A stretch of DNA of 24,071 nucleotides from a virus (lineage: Duplodnaviria; Caudoviricetes). This document shows, piece by piece, positions 16,861 through 24,071 of the stretch. Both the position numbers and the translations under genes were made by a program. The stretch is from positions 1-24,071 of IMG/VR virus record IMGVR_UViG_3300027533_000089; one strand, 5' to 3'. Below the pieces are notes generated by a model. It was not told the origin of the DNA. It searched no databases and saw only the letters and a program-made list of their open reading frames with translations. Each line of letters starts with the position of its first letter. Positions within the stretch are counted from its first letter, which is position 1.

Positions 16861-17272
16861 ACCTGGACAATGCTTCGGCTGGCGCAAAGACCAGACGGAA
16901 GATGAATGAGCGATCGCCAAGATCCATGTCTTCTATCGTAATCTCATCGTCCCCTACAGGTTCATCCACGATCTTAGGAGATATCAGCCCTGCCGTACAG
17001 ACGATCTTCAAGCTATCCAGCATGTTGATAGCTTCTTGCTGATCTTCAGGCGTAGTTAGGAACTTCTCAAACTGATCATCCTCACCACGATCGTAGATAA
17101 GATCAAGCATAAGCGTGGTCAGCACTTGTGGAATTTTACCAAGACGTAGCAGAGCATCTGGTCGTACAGTACGAATACGAACCAGATAGCCGCTATAAGG
17201 GAGCTGAATCAGCTCCCCCTCTTCACGATTCTTGCGCCATTGAGAACCAGACGTTACGGGTAAAGTTTCCAT
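16790..17272 (-). CDS. Tail assembly chaperone (gpG-like, 160 aa)
   Basis: ATG 2 nt after the major tail protein stop. Acidic, with ...ISPKIVDEP..DDEITIEDMDLGDRSFIF...LSRFR resembling siphovirus chaperones. Confidence 0.8.
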   Translation of the reverse strand: METLPVTSGSQWRKNREEGELIQLPYSGYLVRIRTVRPDALLRLGKIPQVLTTLMLDLIYDRGEDDQFEKFLTTPEDQQEAINMLDSLKIVCTAGLISPKIVDEPVGDDEITIEDMDLGDRSFIFRLVFAPAEALSRFRPGSPADVDVVSNGISEPQPSL

Positions 17273-17274
17273 GA

Positions 17275-17859
17275 TTATGGAAGCATTGCGATATTGGTAG
17301 GTGGCATTGCGGTGATCGGCACATCTGTAGGATGTGTGATGATATTGATTGCTCCCCAACGATTGTCGTCCACAACTTGCATGGTCACTTCGGGAATGGC
17401 GAAAGTACCATATTCCATCTGTGCCAGCGTGAAGCCCGACATAACCTTACACTTCGGCAACCACAGCCAAGTATCACCTGTTTCTGCCGAGAGTGCCTTG
17501 AGGATAATCCCAACATAAGGCATCTTCTGTGCGCCAGCAATCATCAACTGTCGAGTTGAGGATGGTGACGAAGATGTGACTGCCTTGCCGAGTAGAATGG
17601 CTAGGGTATCTAGATTCAAACCACCCCATCTCATTTGCACCGTACCGCCAATCGCTTGAGCTGCGATGGCTGTCTGTGTATCATCACCAGTTAGAATGGC
17701 ACTGATGATTTCCATCGTAACACTACCCATCTGGATAGACATAATGTCACTTCCAGCGGGAGGGGCATACGACGGTGAAGCAGGTGCGACGCCAGCCGTC
17801 CATGCTGCAATTTTGGCATCATTAAGACCAAATTGTGGTGATCCCTGTTCAAAAGGCAT
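17275..17859 (-). CDS. Major tail (tube) protein (194 aa)
   Basis: SD AGGAGG. N-terminal FGLNDAKIA, LTGDD and LWLPKCK motifs, and position before the chaperones and TMP. Confidence 0.8.
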   Translation of the reverse strand: MPFEQGSPQFGLNDAKIAAWTAGVAPASPSYAPPAGSDIMSIQMGSVTMEIISAILTGDDTQTAIAAQAIGGTVQMRWGGLNLDTLAILLGKAVTSSSPSSTRQLMIAGAQKMPYVGIILKALSAETGDTWLWLPKCKVMSGFTLAQMEYGTFAIPEVTMQVVDDNRWGAINIITHPTDVPITAMPPTNIAMLP

Positions 17860-17880
17860 TGTTCTTCCTCCTAAGACTAA

Positions 17881-18294
17881 CTATTTAACCCAATCAATAA
17901 GACCCAGATTAGCCATACCTTGAAGCCCTGCACGAAGTCTTCCAGGCCAGTAGTCCAAAGCTGGCCCTATGATGCCCCATCTACCCTGATAGGCAAACTC
18001 TAACCAGACGCCATATTCAGTATCAGGATCATAGGACATACGGATTACACCTATCGGCCCCACAGACTCATCTACGTATGCGGTCAAACCTTCGCGAGCA
18101 TGGATGAGACCTGCTGGCCGTTGATCATCTGGACGATCAGTCCAGGGAGCATTGTCCTTCATCCATTGCTCAATCTGTGGTGCATAGTCATGCGCTACGA
18201 ACTTCCCCGACAAGAGCACTTGATCGATGAACTCGTTTGCTATTTCGGGGAAACGCATAGTGGGTGGAACTGTCCATCTGACTCCCATAGCCAT
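17881..18294 (-). CDS. HK97 gp10-like neck/tail completion protein (137 aa)
   Basis: SD AAGGAG before ATG 18294. Motifs MKDNAPWTDR...AREGL...YGVWLE...GRWGIIGP. Confidence 0.75.
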   Translation of the reverse strand: MAMGVRWTVPPTMRFPEIANEFIDQVLLSGKFVAHDYAPQIEQWMKDNAPWTDRPDDQRPAGLIHAREGLTAYVDESVGPIGVIRMSYDPDTEYGVWLEFAYQGRWGIIGPALDYWPGRLRAGLQGMANLGLIDWVK

Positions 18295-19327
18295 CCGTCT
18301 CCTTAGCAATTACCTCTATCAAGTTCGCTGCCGCATCCATCCAAGTTTGATGGGAAGATAACCAGTTCCTAGCTTGTAGACCAACGTGCCTACCGTAATC
18401 CGGATGCTCATAGCAATGCAGCATTTCTTCCGTTACTCTATTGACGTTAGCTACTTCCCAAGTTCCACCACCACCCAATTTGGATGAATCGTTAATATCT
18501 CGCATCTCTCCAGACGGCAGGACGATAGCCCATTCGTCCGTATGACCATCATCCAACCCTGTATTCTGCATTACAATTACAGGAAGCCCCATCATCGCTG
18601 CTTCACGATGTGGCATCCCCCAACCCTCAGAACGAGACGGCAGAGCAACACAATCTGCTTGCCGATAAAGATCCGCCATATCTTGATATTCACTTATATC
18701 CACTTTAATACGTGGATCCCAATCTTCAGCTTTCGCTATCTTCATTAGCATAGGATTGCTATTGGGCAAGCTCTTGATAATTAACCTAACGTTCTGATTG
18801 CCAGTGGTCTTGCCGCCAAAGGCTTTGTAGAAAGCATTGTACACTTCATGCCAACCCTTACGATCTCCTCGATCAGCGAGTGTAAGGAAAGTATACGGTC
18901 TATCTACCTTTTCGGTAATCAATGGGAACTCGTCTGGATCAGTACCTAGATGCACTACCGATATAGGGAATTTGAAACCGCTATCGGCAAACACATTAGC
19001 GCAGAACTGAGAAGGCACAATCAAGCGTTCTACATTCGCTCTCTTGATCTTCTTCACCGTTGCTGCCGCAAGTTTGTTCCCTTCACACATCGTGAAGAGC
19101 CAATGCTTTCCAGGTATTCGGATGATAGATCTAAGATCAAAGTAAGATATTCTAAGATCATCTGGACGTACATCCATTTGATTAAACATCCACTGTGGTC
19201 TCTCCAGATCACCAGCAGTAAGATGTTTAACATCTACACCAAATACTTGTAGATGCTTTACCATCCAAGCCGAAGATCTACCAAAGCCATTGTACTGAAG
19301 ATAGTAGCTAATCCAGTTAAGTCTCAT
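18188..19327 (-). CDS. GT-B fold glycosyltransferase (family 4-like, Glycos_transf_1)
   Basis: Motifs VVHLGTDPDEF, DRKGW and DMADLYRQADCVALPSRSEGWGMPHREAAMMGLPVI (E-x7-E). ATGA-coupled to the upstream gene. Confidence 0.9.
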   Translation of the reverse strand: MRLNWISYYLQYNGFGRSSAWMVKHLQVFGVDVKHLTAGDLERPQWMFNQMDVRPDDLRISYFDLRSIIRIPGKHWLFTMCEGNKLAAATVKKIKRANVERLIVPSQFCANVFADSGFKFPISVVHLGTDPDEFPLITEKVDRPYTFLTLADRGDRKGWHEVYNAFYKAFGGKTTGNQNVRLIIKSLPNSNPMLMKIAKAEDWDPRIKVDISEYQDMADLYRQADCVALPSRSEGWGMPHREAAMMGLPVIVMQNTGLDDGHTDEWAIVLPSGEMRDINDSSKLGGGGTWEVANVNRVTEEMLHCYEHPDYGRHVGLQARNWLSSHQTWMDAAANLIEVIAKETDGYGSQMDSSTHYAFPRNSKRVHRSSALVGEVRSA

Positions 19328-19815
19328 ACAACTTTCCGTAATCGTTTGGACATGAAGTCTGTTCTCATCATTCTTGCGCCAGATAACCCTGCATCATCCA
19401 TCAGAGGACCAGTCGTGTAAATCCATTGTGTAGGCCAATAGCTAGGAAACTTGTACCCATGCAATATCATAAAGAGCCTGTTGATGATAGCTTCTATGGT
19501 ATTGTAAGCCATGTCCTGATAGACCCAACACTCTATAGCTTGATTTACACCTACGATCTTTTCCTTGATATCTGCAACTCTAGTATCAGGTATCGGTGCT
19601 CTGGCTTTAACAATGATGATCGGCAGCAAGTAACCATCTGCATCATACGCCGCTGGTGTGGAACCTCTGTTAACGCCTTCATTGGGAAGGCTTGTGTAAG
19701 GATAGATTCCACCAGTCGCCAAAGCCATCAGAGCAGAGTCAGTCTCCAGATAGGCAGTAAACGTTTCTTCTACTGTTGTGGCTGGAGCTAACTGCGCTCG
19801 ATAACTAGGCGGCAT
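19324..19815 (-). CDS. Tail terminator / neck protein (about 163 aa)
   Basis: Synteny, plus the pattern YLETDSALMALATGGIYP...P.IIV...IECWVYQ...IEAIINRLFMILHG typical of gpU/DUF3168-like terminators. Start uncertain. Confidence 0.6.
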   Translation of the reverse strand: MPPSYRAQLAPATTVEETFTAYLETDSALMALATGGIYPYTSLPNEGVNRGSTPAAYDADGYLLPIIIVKARAPIPDTRVADIKEKIVGVNQAIECWVYQDMAYNTIEAIINRLFMILHGYKFPSYWPTQWIYTTGPLMDDAGLSGARMMRTDFMSKRLRKVV

Positions 19816-20023
19816 CTTCCGTCCCATGCAACATATCATGCACGAAAGCGATCAGGTCAGATACGTAGTCATCCGAGGGTGTGAATCCATACTTCTCCTC
19901 GATTTGCGCTGACACCATATCGATATCGCTATCGCGATTAAGATTCTCGAAGCTGAACTCTTCAGGTTCTTCTTCCTCGATAGGAGGAGCTTCTTCCTCG
20001 AAAGGTTCTTCTGGTTCTTGCAT
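19805..20023 (-). CDS. Small highly acidic protein (72 aa)
   Basis: SD GGAGG with TAATG coupling at 20021-20025. Begins MQEPEEPFEEEAPPIEEEEPEEF... Confidence 0.65.
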   Translation of the reverse strand: MQEPEEPFEEEAPPIEEEEPEEFSFENLNRDSDIDMVSAQIEEKYGFTPSDDYVSDLIAFVHDMLHGTEDAA

Positions 20024-20406
20024 TATCCGTATGCCTCCCAAATTGTTTGGATTTCGCCAAGTGTAGGGATGATATCTATACAACGATATTGATCACCTTC
20101 ATAGACGAAAACATAGTTTTCCTTAATGTCTGTGTTCGGCAAGGTAGCGTGATTACGAATACCATATACAATGACCTTGCGCTTAGGAGCTGTACCTGCT
20201 GTACTCATGGAAGGTGTTGCCGTGTTGTCGCTTTCCACTCGTACCGCTTGTCCAGGAAGCTTCACGCCAGAAGAGTTTTTGAAGATTACCATCAGAGGAT
20301 TTTCCTGGATTCTACGCCAAGATTCAGCAGCAAAAATCTGCTCTCTTATTGCTCTACTTCTAGGAGTAGCTATAATACCAGTTATCCAGGATTGTAAATC
20401 TACCAT
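20023..20406 (-). CDS. Head closure / head-tail joining protein (127 aa)
   Basis: Synteny after the connector. C-terminal DIKENYVFVYEGDQYRCIDI resembles SPP1 gp16/FII-type proteins. Confidence 0.65.
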   Translation of the reverse strand: MVDLQSWITGIIATPRSRAIREQIFAAESWRRIQENPLMVIFKNSSGVKLPGQAVRVESDNTATPSMSTAGTAPKRKVIVYGIRNHATLPNTDIKENYVFVYEGDQYRCIDIIPTLGEIQTIWEAYG

Positions 20407-20789
20407 GTGTATCCCCAAGGATATTCCTTGACGCGAGGCGGCTGTTGCATCGGCTTGCCGCTTCTGACAGCCCCGCTTTCACTAGCCGAGATTTCTGCTA
20501 TCTCTAACTTGGCTTCCCATCTCTCAAGCTCCTTAGCGAGCTGTGCATATCGTTGCGACGCCTTCTCTGATGTTCTGTTCTTCTGATAATCTACTTCATT
20601 AGCAGCTTGCATCAAGAGACGGCGCAACGATATAACTCTGGTAGCTATCGTTACAGAAGTAGGGTCATTGTACTGCTCGCCAGCTTCCAGGAAGATGTCA
20701 TCTATAACTTCATTAGATAGACTTACCTCATCATCTGGCAGAAAGCCCAAATCCATTCGTAATCGTTGCTGCTCTAGCGTTGTAGCCAT
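20400..20789 (-). CDS. Head-tail connector/adaptor (129 aa)
   Basis: First gene after the capsid gene. Motifs LRMDLG...LSNEVIDDIF...SEKASQRYAQL resemble gp15/gp6-type adaptors. Confidence 0.7.
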   Translation of the reverse strand: MATTLEQQRLRMDLGFLPDDEVSLSNEVIDDIFLEAGEQYNDPTSVTIATRVISLRRLLMQAANEVDYQKNRTSEKASQRYAQLAKELERWEAKLEIAEISASESGAVRSGKPMQQPPRVKEYPWGYTW

Positions 20790-20806
20790 GAGCTACTCCT
20801 CAACTA

Positions 20807-21820
20807 CTAGGTAGGCCAGGTGATCTCTTCGGTGGCACGCAGGACGTTAGCGTAGATGCCCAACCACACATCCCACACAACCTGATCCATAATGAAGCGG
20901 CTCACATCAGCGTTGCCCATGACTGATTCCAGCGATTGCTTCACAAGGCTTTGGAAATCCTGTTCCTTGTAAGCTGTGCTGATCAGATAAGCCTTGCCGA
21001 GCGTAACGCCAGGATAGGCGACGGTCTTCTTACCACGCACACCAGACCAGCCAGAGTACCCGATAACGCTAGAAACAAAGTTGACTGCTGCCGAATCCAG
21101 CGCAAAGCCTTCCTGAGGAACACGAGTCAACATGCGCTGAATCATGAAGGTCTGGGCAGGGTGACAAAGCAAGATATATGGCCCACTACGAGGATTGACT
21201 GGATCGGTCTGGGAAGACACGACAGCACTTTCCAATGTGAGTGCCCAATCTTCAGTGGTGGTGACACCCGAAGTGACAGCCGCCGTCTGATTTGCAGCCG
21301 CATAGGTCGCCGTAAGAATGGGCGAAAGATGCAGGTGATTCATCAGCGCATTATGGGCTTCACCAACTGCACGCTCGATGCGAGCAATCTGCCAAAGCTG
21401 ATTGAACATCGTCAGCTTCTTGCTGTACTCCAGACCAACACCGAACTGACGTTGGGAAACTGAAGCTTCGGCAGAGCGCACATGGCCGAACTTGACTTCA
21501 CCGCCTTCGAAGATTTCCTCGAAGATGAAGCCTCCTGGCCCCCAATTCTTGATGGTCAGGGTTTCTGGCAGCGAGGAATCTACGATGATGTCATAGATTG
21601 GTTCATAGAGGGTCGGCACACGGACACGGCCAGCATCAACCTCATAGCGGACGCGAGTATACCAATCCGCTGCGAAATCATCTGCACCAATGAACTCGTA
21701 AACGCTACGTCCCCCACCCTGATTGATTTCCCGAAGGTTCTTGGAAAGATCAAATCCAGGAGCGAATTGCATATACGGTTTGTCTACAACATCAGAATTT
21801 CCTAAATACTTTACAGGCAT
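20807..21820 (-). CDS. Major capsid protein (337 aa)
   Basis: SD AGGAG. EEIFEGGEVKFG...FGVGLEYS motif of HK97-fold capsids, and position after protease and cement genes. Confidence 0.85.
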   Translation of the reverse strand: MPVKYLGNSDVVDKPYMQFAPGFDLSKNLREINQGGGRSVYEFIGADDFAADWYTRVRYEVDAGRVRVPTLYEPIYDIIVDSSLPETLTIKNWGPGGFIFEEIFEGGEVKFGHVRSAEASVSQRQFGVGLEYSKKLTMFNQLWQIARIERAVGEAHNALMNHLHLSPILTATYAAANQTAAVTSGVTTTEDWALTLESAVVSSQTDPVNPRSGPYILLCHPAQTFMIQRMLTRVPQEGFALDSAAVNFVSSVIGYSGWSGVRGKKTVAYPGVTLGKAYLISTAYKEQDFQSLVKQSLESVMGNADVSRFIMDQVVWDVWLGIYANVLRATEEITWPT

Positions 21821-21866
21821 TTTCGTTATCTCCTATGCTCAGCTCAACTAAATCAAAAGTAAAAGA

Positions 21867-22253
21867 TTAACTCGCATAAGCCATTGAGTTAGCGGCGAGC
21901 ATACGACCGATCACGACGTTGTTGGCATCCTTAGCTTCCATCGCCTTGAAGAAGGCAACAGATCCAGCCGCTGGAACCTTCGTGTAAGCTGCATCTTGTG
22001 GCGTGTGACCAGTCACAGAAGCCAAGACCAAGTAAATGATCTCACCCTTCGCAACGGCCAGAGCAGCAGGAACCGTGAATTGATAGGCACGATCATCGAT
22101 CGCGATGGCAATCGTTTCACCGATCTTACCATCACTTTCTGCGATGCCTACCCATCCTTGCGCCACCACAACCTGACCCTTCGCGACAGCAGCGGTGAGG
22201 GTGACGTTTACAGCTTTCCCATCATTGTCAAAATACGACAGAAGTCCGGACAT
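21867..22253 (-). CDS. Capsid cement/decoration protein (DUF2190-like, 128 aa)
   Basis: DGKAVNVTLTAAVAKGQVVVAQGWVGIAESDGKIGETIAI matches the DUF2190 pattern. Confidence 0.8.
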   Translation of the reverse strand: MSGLLSYFDNDGKAVNVTLTAAVAKGQVVVAQGWVGIAESDGKIGETIAIAIDDRAYQFTVPAALAVAKGEIIYLVLASVTGHTPQDAAYTKVPAAGSVAFFKAMEAKDANNVVIGRMLAANSMAYAS

Positions 22254-22290
22254 TTCTTATCTCCTCATTCCTTGTGATATATCTAAAGTC

Positions 22291-22785
22291 TTACTTAGTT
22301 GCTGGTAAGACGAACCAAGTGCCCTTCATGCCAGGAACCCCGCCACTTTGGGTTGAAGACTGGCTCTGCGTTGGAGTGGTTTGCGACGGCCCCATTGTTT
22401 CTTGGAGTTCCAATTGCAGAGCCTTCTTCACCGACGGGCGATTGAGAACTTCAGCGTAGATGGTATCTACCTCTGCCACTGTCTTCGGGGCTTTGGATTC
22501 TACCAGTTCTACCACCATCTCACGGATGCTTTCAACCTTCACAGCTTTATCGCCTGTGCTACTGATCTCAACGATACGAGCTGTGACGGCATCCTTCTCA
22601 CGTTGAGTATCACGCTCCTGGATTTTCTTAACTTCGGTTACAATATCACCGTCGCCAAGTCCAAGACTCTTGCGAATGTCTGCCGTAAACTCTTGGATAA
22701 GTGCAGCCTTGACTTCGGCAGGGAGAGAGGCAGCATCAGTCGCTTTCATTTCACGGAGGGCTTGCGCCTTTTCTTCTTCTGTCAT
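22291..22785 (-). CDS. Probable internally initiated scaffold protein (164 aa)
   Basis: In-frame ATG 22785 (MTEEEKAQ...) preceded by CAAGGAGCTAAGAAA, at the domain boundary. Confidence 0.6.
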   Translation of the reverse strand: MTEEEKAQALREMKATDAASLPAEVKAALIQEFTADIRKSLGLGDGDIVTEVKKIQERDTQREKDAVTARIVEISSTGDKAVKVESIREMVVELVESKAPKTVAEVDTIYAEVLNRPSVKKALQLELQETMGPSQTTPTQSQSSTQSGGVPGMKGTWFVLPATK

Positions 22786-23412
22786 TTTCTTAGCTCCTTG
22801 TGTTCTTACGACTATGATGCCACCCTGCTCTGCCATTTCACGGGTCAAAAGCGGAACGGCAGCAAGGTCAGCGATTCCAGCACGATCTGCTGGAGCAATA
22901 TCTATTTGATTAAGACGCAGCGTAGAAGCGATCATCTTGTGTGCGCCTAACGCATCGTCCCAAACACCCTCACCTGTGGCATCAATGGAAGTAGCAATCT
23001 TGCTTCCAGTTGCTCGGTAACGTTGCAGACGTGAGCGAGATTCACCCATAGGTAAGAAGCCCTTGCCCAAAAGGTATTCCTTGACCCGCATCGCTCCCAC
23101 CCAATGAACTGCTTCTGGCGGCATTGCCCATCCCTTTTGATCTGAGGATAGATGCCCCATTAATCCAATAGGCTTGCGGTCTGCAACCTGTCGCTCAAGC
23201 TCCAAGAGGAAAGCTTCATCGTAAAATCTACGATTGCCAGACAAGACGTTCGCCTTACCAATTGGTAAGGTAACGAAGACAGGCTTGGCTTCACCGTCAG
23301 TGAGTTCCTGGAAATCCACATCTTTGAACAGCGGAATTTCGGGGAAGGAACCCTGAAACTCCGAGATGATGAGGGTATCGTGGAACGCACCAGTTACGTT
23401 TTCTTCAGCCAT
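22291..23412 (-). CDS. Prohead protease-scaffold fusion (373 aa)
   Basis: N-terminal domain SGNRRFY...GLMGHL...TSIDATG...IDI resembles prohead proteases. The C-terminal part is a helical charged scaffold-like region. Confidence 0.75.
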   Translation of the reverse strand: MAEENVTGAFHDTLIISEFQGSFPEIPLFKDVDFQELTDGEAKPVFVTLPIGKANVLSGNRRFYDEAFLLELERQVADRKPIGLMGHLSSDQKGWAMPPEAVHWVGAMRVKEYLLGKGFLPMGESRSRLQRYRATGSKIATSIDATGEGVWDDALGAHKMIASTLRLNQIDIAPADRAGIADLAAVPLLTREMAEQGGIIVVRTQGAKKMTEEEKAQALREMKATDAASLPAEVKAALIQEFTADIRKSLGLGDGDIVTEVKKIQERDTQREKDAVTARIVEISSTGDKAVKVESIREMVVELVESKAPKTVAEVDTIYAEVLNRPSVKKALQLELQETMGPSQTTPTQSQSSTQSGGVPGMKGTWFVLPATK

Positions 23413-23421
23413 GAGACCTCC

Positions 23422-24018
23422 TTACGAAATCTTCCCTGTCGAGCTAGTGGGTGAAGGGGGTGGTGTAGATGACGATGGCTGTGATGGAATTCGCGAAGAA
23501 GGTTGCTGTGATGGCTCGGTAGAATCATCCACCGTATTAGTAGCAGATTCCCCTTGCTTTTCCACGAGAGCAACAATTTCAGCTTCCGCCGCTTCCGTCA
23601 CACGCTCGCGATTCTTATGCGCCTTCTCGTACTCTAAGATCGCCATGAGTTGCTCTTGCGGCAAGCCACTCTTCACTAGCTTGAGGACTTCCCCCTCAGT
23701 CAACTTGTCGTATCCAGGAACAGGTTCCTGTCCCGCAGGAGGCGGTACGGCTGGAGGAGTGATGGTGCTTTGAGTAGGATCAACCTCTGCGGAACCTTCT
23801 TCTGTTGTATTCATATTAGGATCTCCTTTAATGGTATAAGGTGCGGCAGAAGATATAGGCTGAATCTTTCTGGGTTCCGGAAGTTTAATCTTCCGAATAT
23901 CCTCTTCCTTCATATTGTTACGCATAAGACCGTCGAGCTTGGCTTCCAGCGCAGCCAGCGAATTCTGAACTCTAGTCAGCTCTTGCTCTACTCGCTGGGA
24001 TTCCTTTGACATCGTCAT
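23422..24018 (-). CDS. Head-module protein with small helical YD.L...YE.AHKNR domain and S/P/T-rich tail (198 aa)
   Basis: SD AAGGAG. Contains PVPGYDKLTEGEVLKLV...LMAILEYEKAHKNRERV. A second strong in-frame start lies at 23814. Confidence 0.7.
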   Translation of the reverse strand: MTMSKESQRVEQELTRVQNSLAALEAKLDGLMRNNMKEEDIRKIKLPEPRKIQPISSAAPYTIKGDPNMNTTEEGSAEVDPTQSTITPPAVPPPAGQEPVPGYDKLTEGEVLKLVKSGLPQEQLMAILEYEKAHKNRERVTEAAEAEIVALVEKQGESATNTVDDSTEPSQQPSSRIPSQPSSSTPPPSPTSSTGKIS

Positions 24019-24030
24019 CTTCTTCTCTCC

Positions 24031-24069
24031 TTATATGTCTAGCGTTTCTATTTCCAACTTTAGTGCAGG
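24031..24069 (-). CDS. Possible 3' end of an upstream gene (truncated)
   Basis: Frame reads ...PALKLEIETLDI* ending at TAA 24031-24033, abutting the next SD. Too short to identify. Confidence 0.35.
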   Translation of the reverse strand, partial: PALKLEIETLDI

Positions 24070-24071
24070 AT

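Noticed and set aside
17270-17283. +1 frameshift extension of the major tail protein at CCA TAA (SPP1 gp17.1*-like)
   Set aside because: The codon is CCA rather than CCC, and the +1 frame closes after about 18 codons with no Ig-like domain.
3621-24009. Numerous plus-strand ORFs of 60-190 aa opposite the structural genes
   Set aside because: These are antisense shadows of a densely packed, SD-equipped minus-strand operon and have no recognisable motifs.
1-24071. Host assignment and contractile-tail/CIS or GTA interpretation
   Set aside because: No sheath or baseplate wedge genes are present, and the long TMP with chaperone pair indicates a siphovirus. The host cannot be supported from this sequence alone.

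Overview
Fragment of a tailed dsDNA phage (or prophage) genome of siphovirus type. About 3548-24071 is a minus-strand late operon in canonical order: S/T/P-rich head-associated protein, prohead protease/scaffold, DUF2190-like capsid cement, major capsid, head-tail connector, head closure, small acidic protein, tail terminator-like protein, a GT-B glycosyltransferase, HK97 gp10-like neck protein, major tail protein, tail assembly chaperone pair, 1210-aa tape measure, two tail-tip proteins, a 1950-aa fibre/receptor-binding protein, three small fibre-associated ORFs and a 2-TM holin-like ORF. About 1-3496 is a convergent plus-strand set of accessory genes (DUF932-like, RGHxR-motif protein, Zn-finger protein, small membrane proteins) ending in a terminator at about 3505-3540. 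The main oddities are: (1) a 181-bp intergenic element (543-723) with terminal inverted repeats, nested repeats and no GA or TC dinucleotide over 175 nt; (2) a shared hairpin-plus-leader architecture in front of three consecutive accessory genes; (3) a glycosyltransferase embedded in the neck/tail genes alongside several S/T/P-rich tracts in virion proteins; (4) a probable +1 (UUU CGU) chaperone frameshift; (5) an internally duplicated giant fibre. Product calls rest on motif recognition and synteny only. No database search was run.
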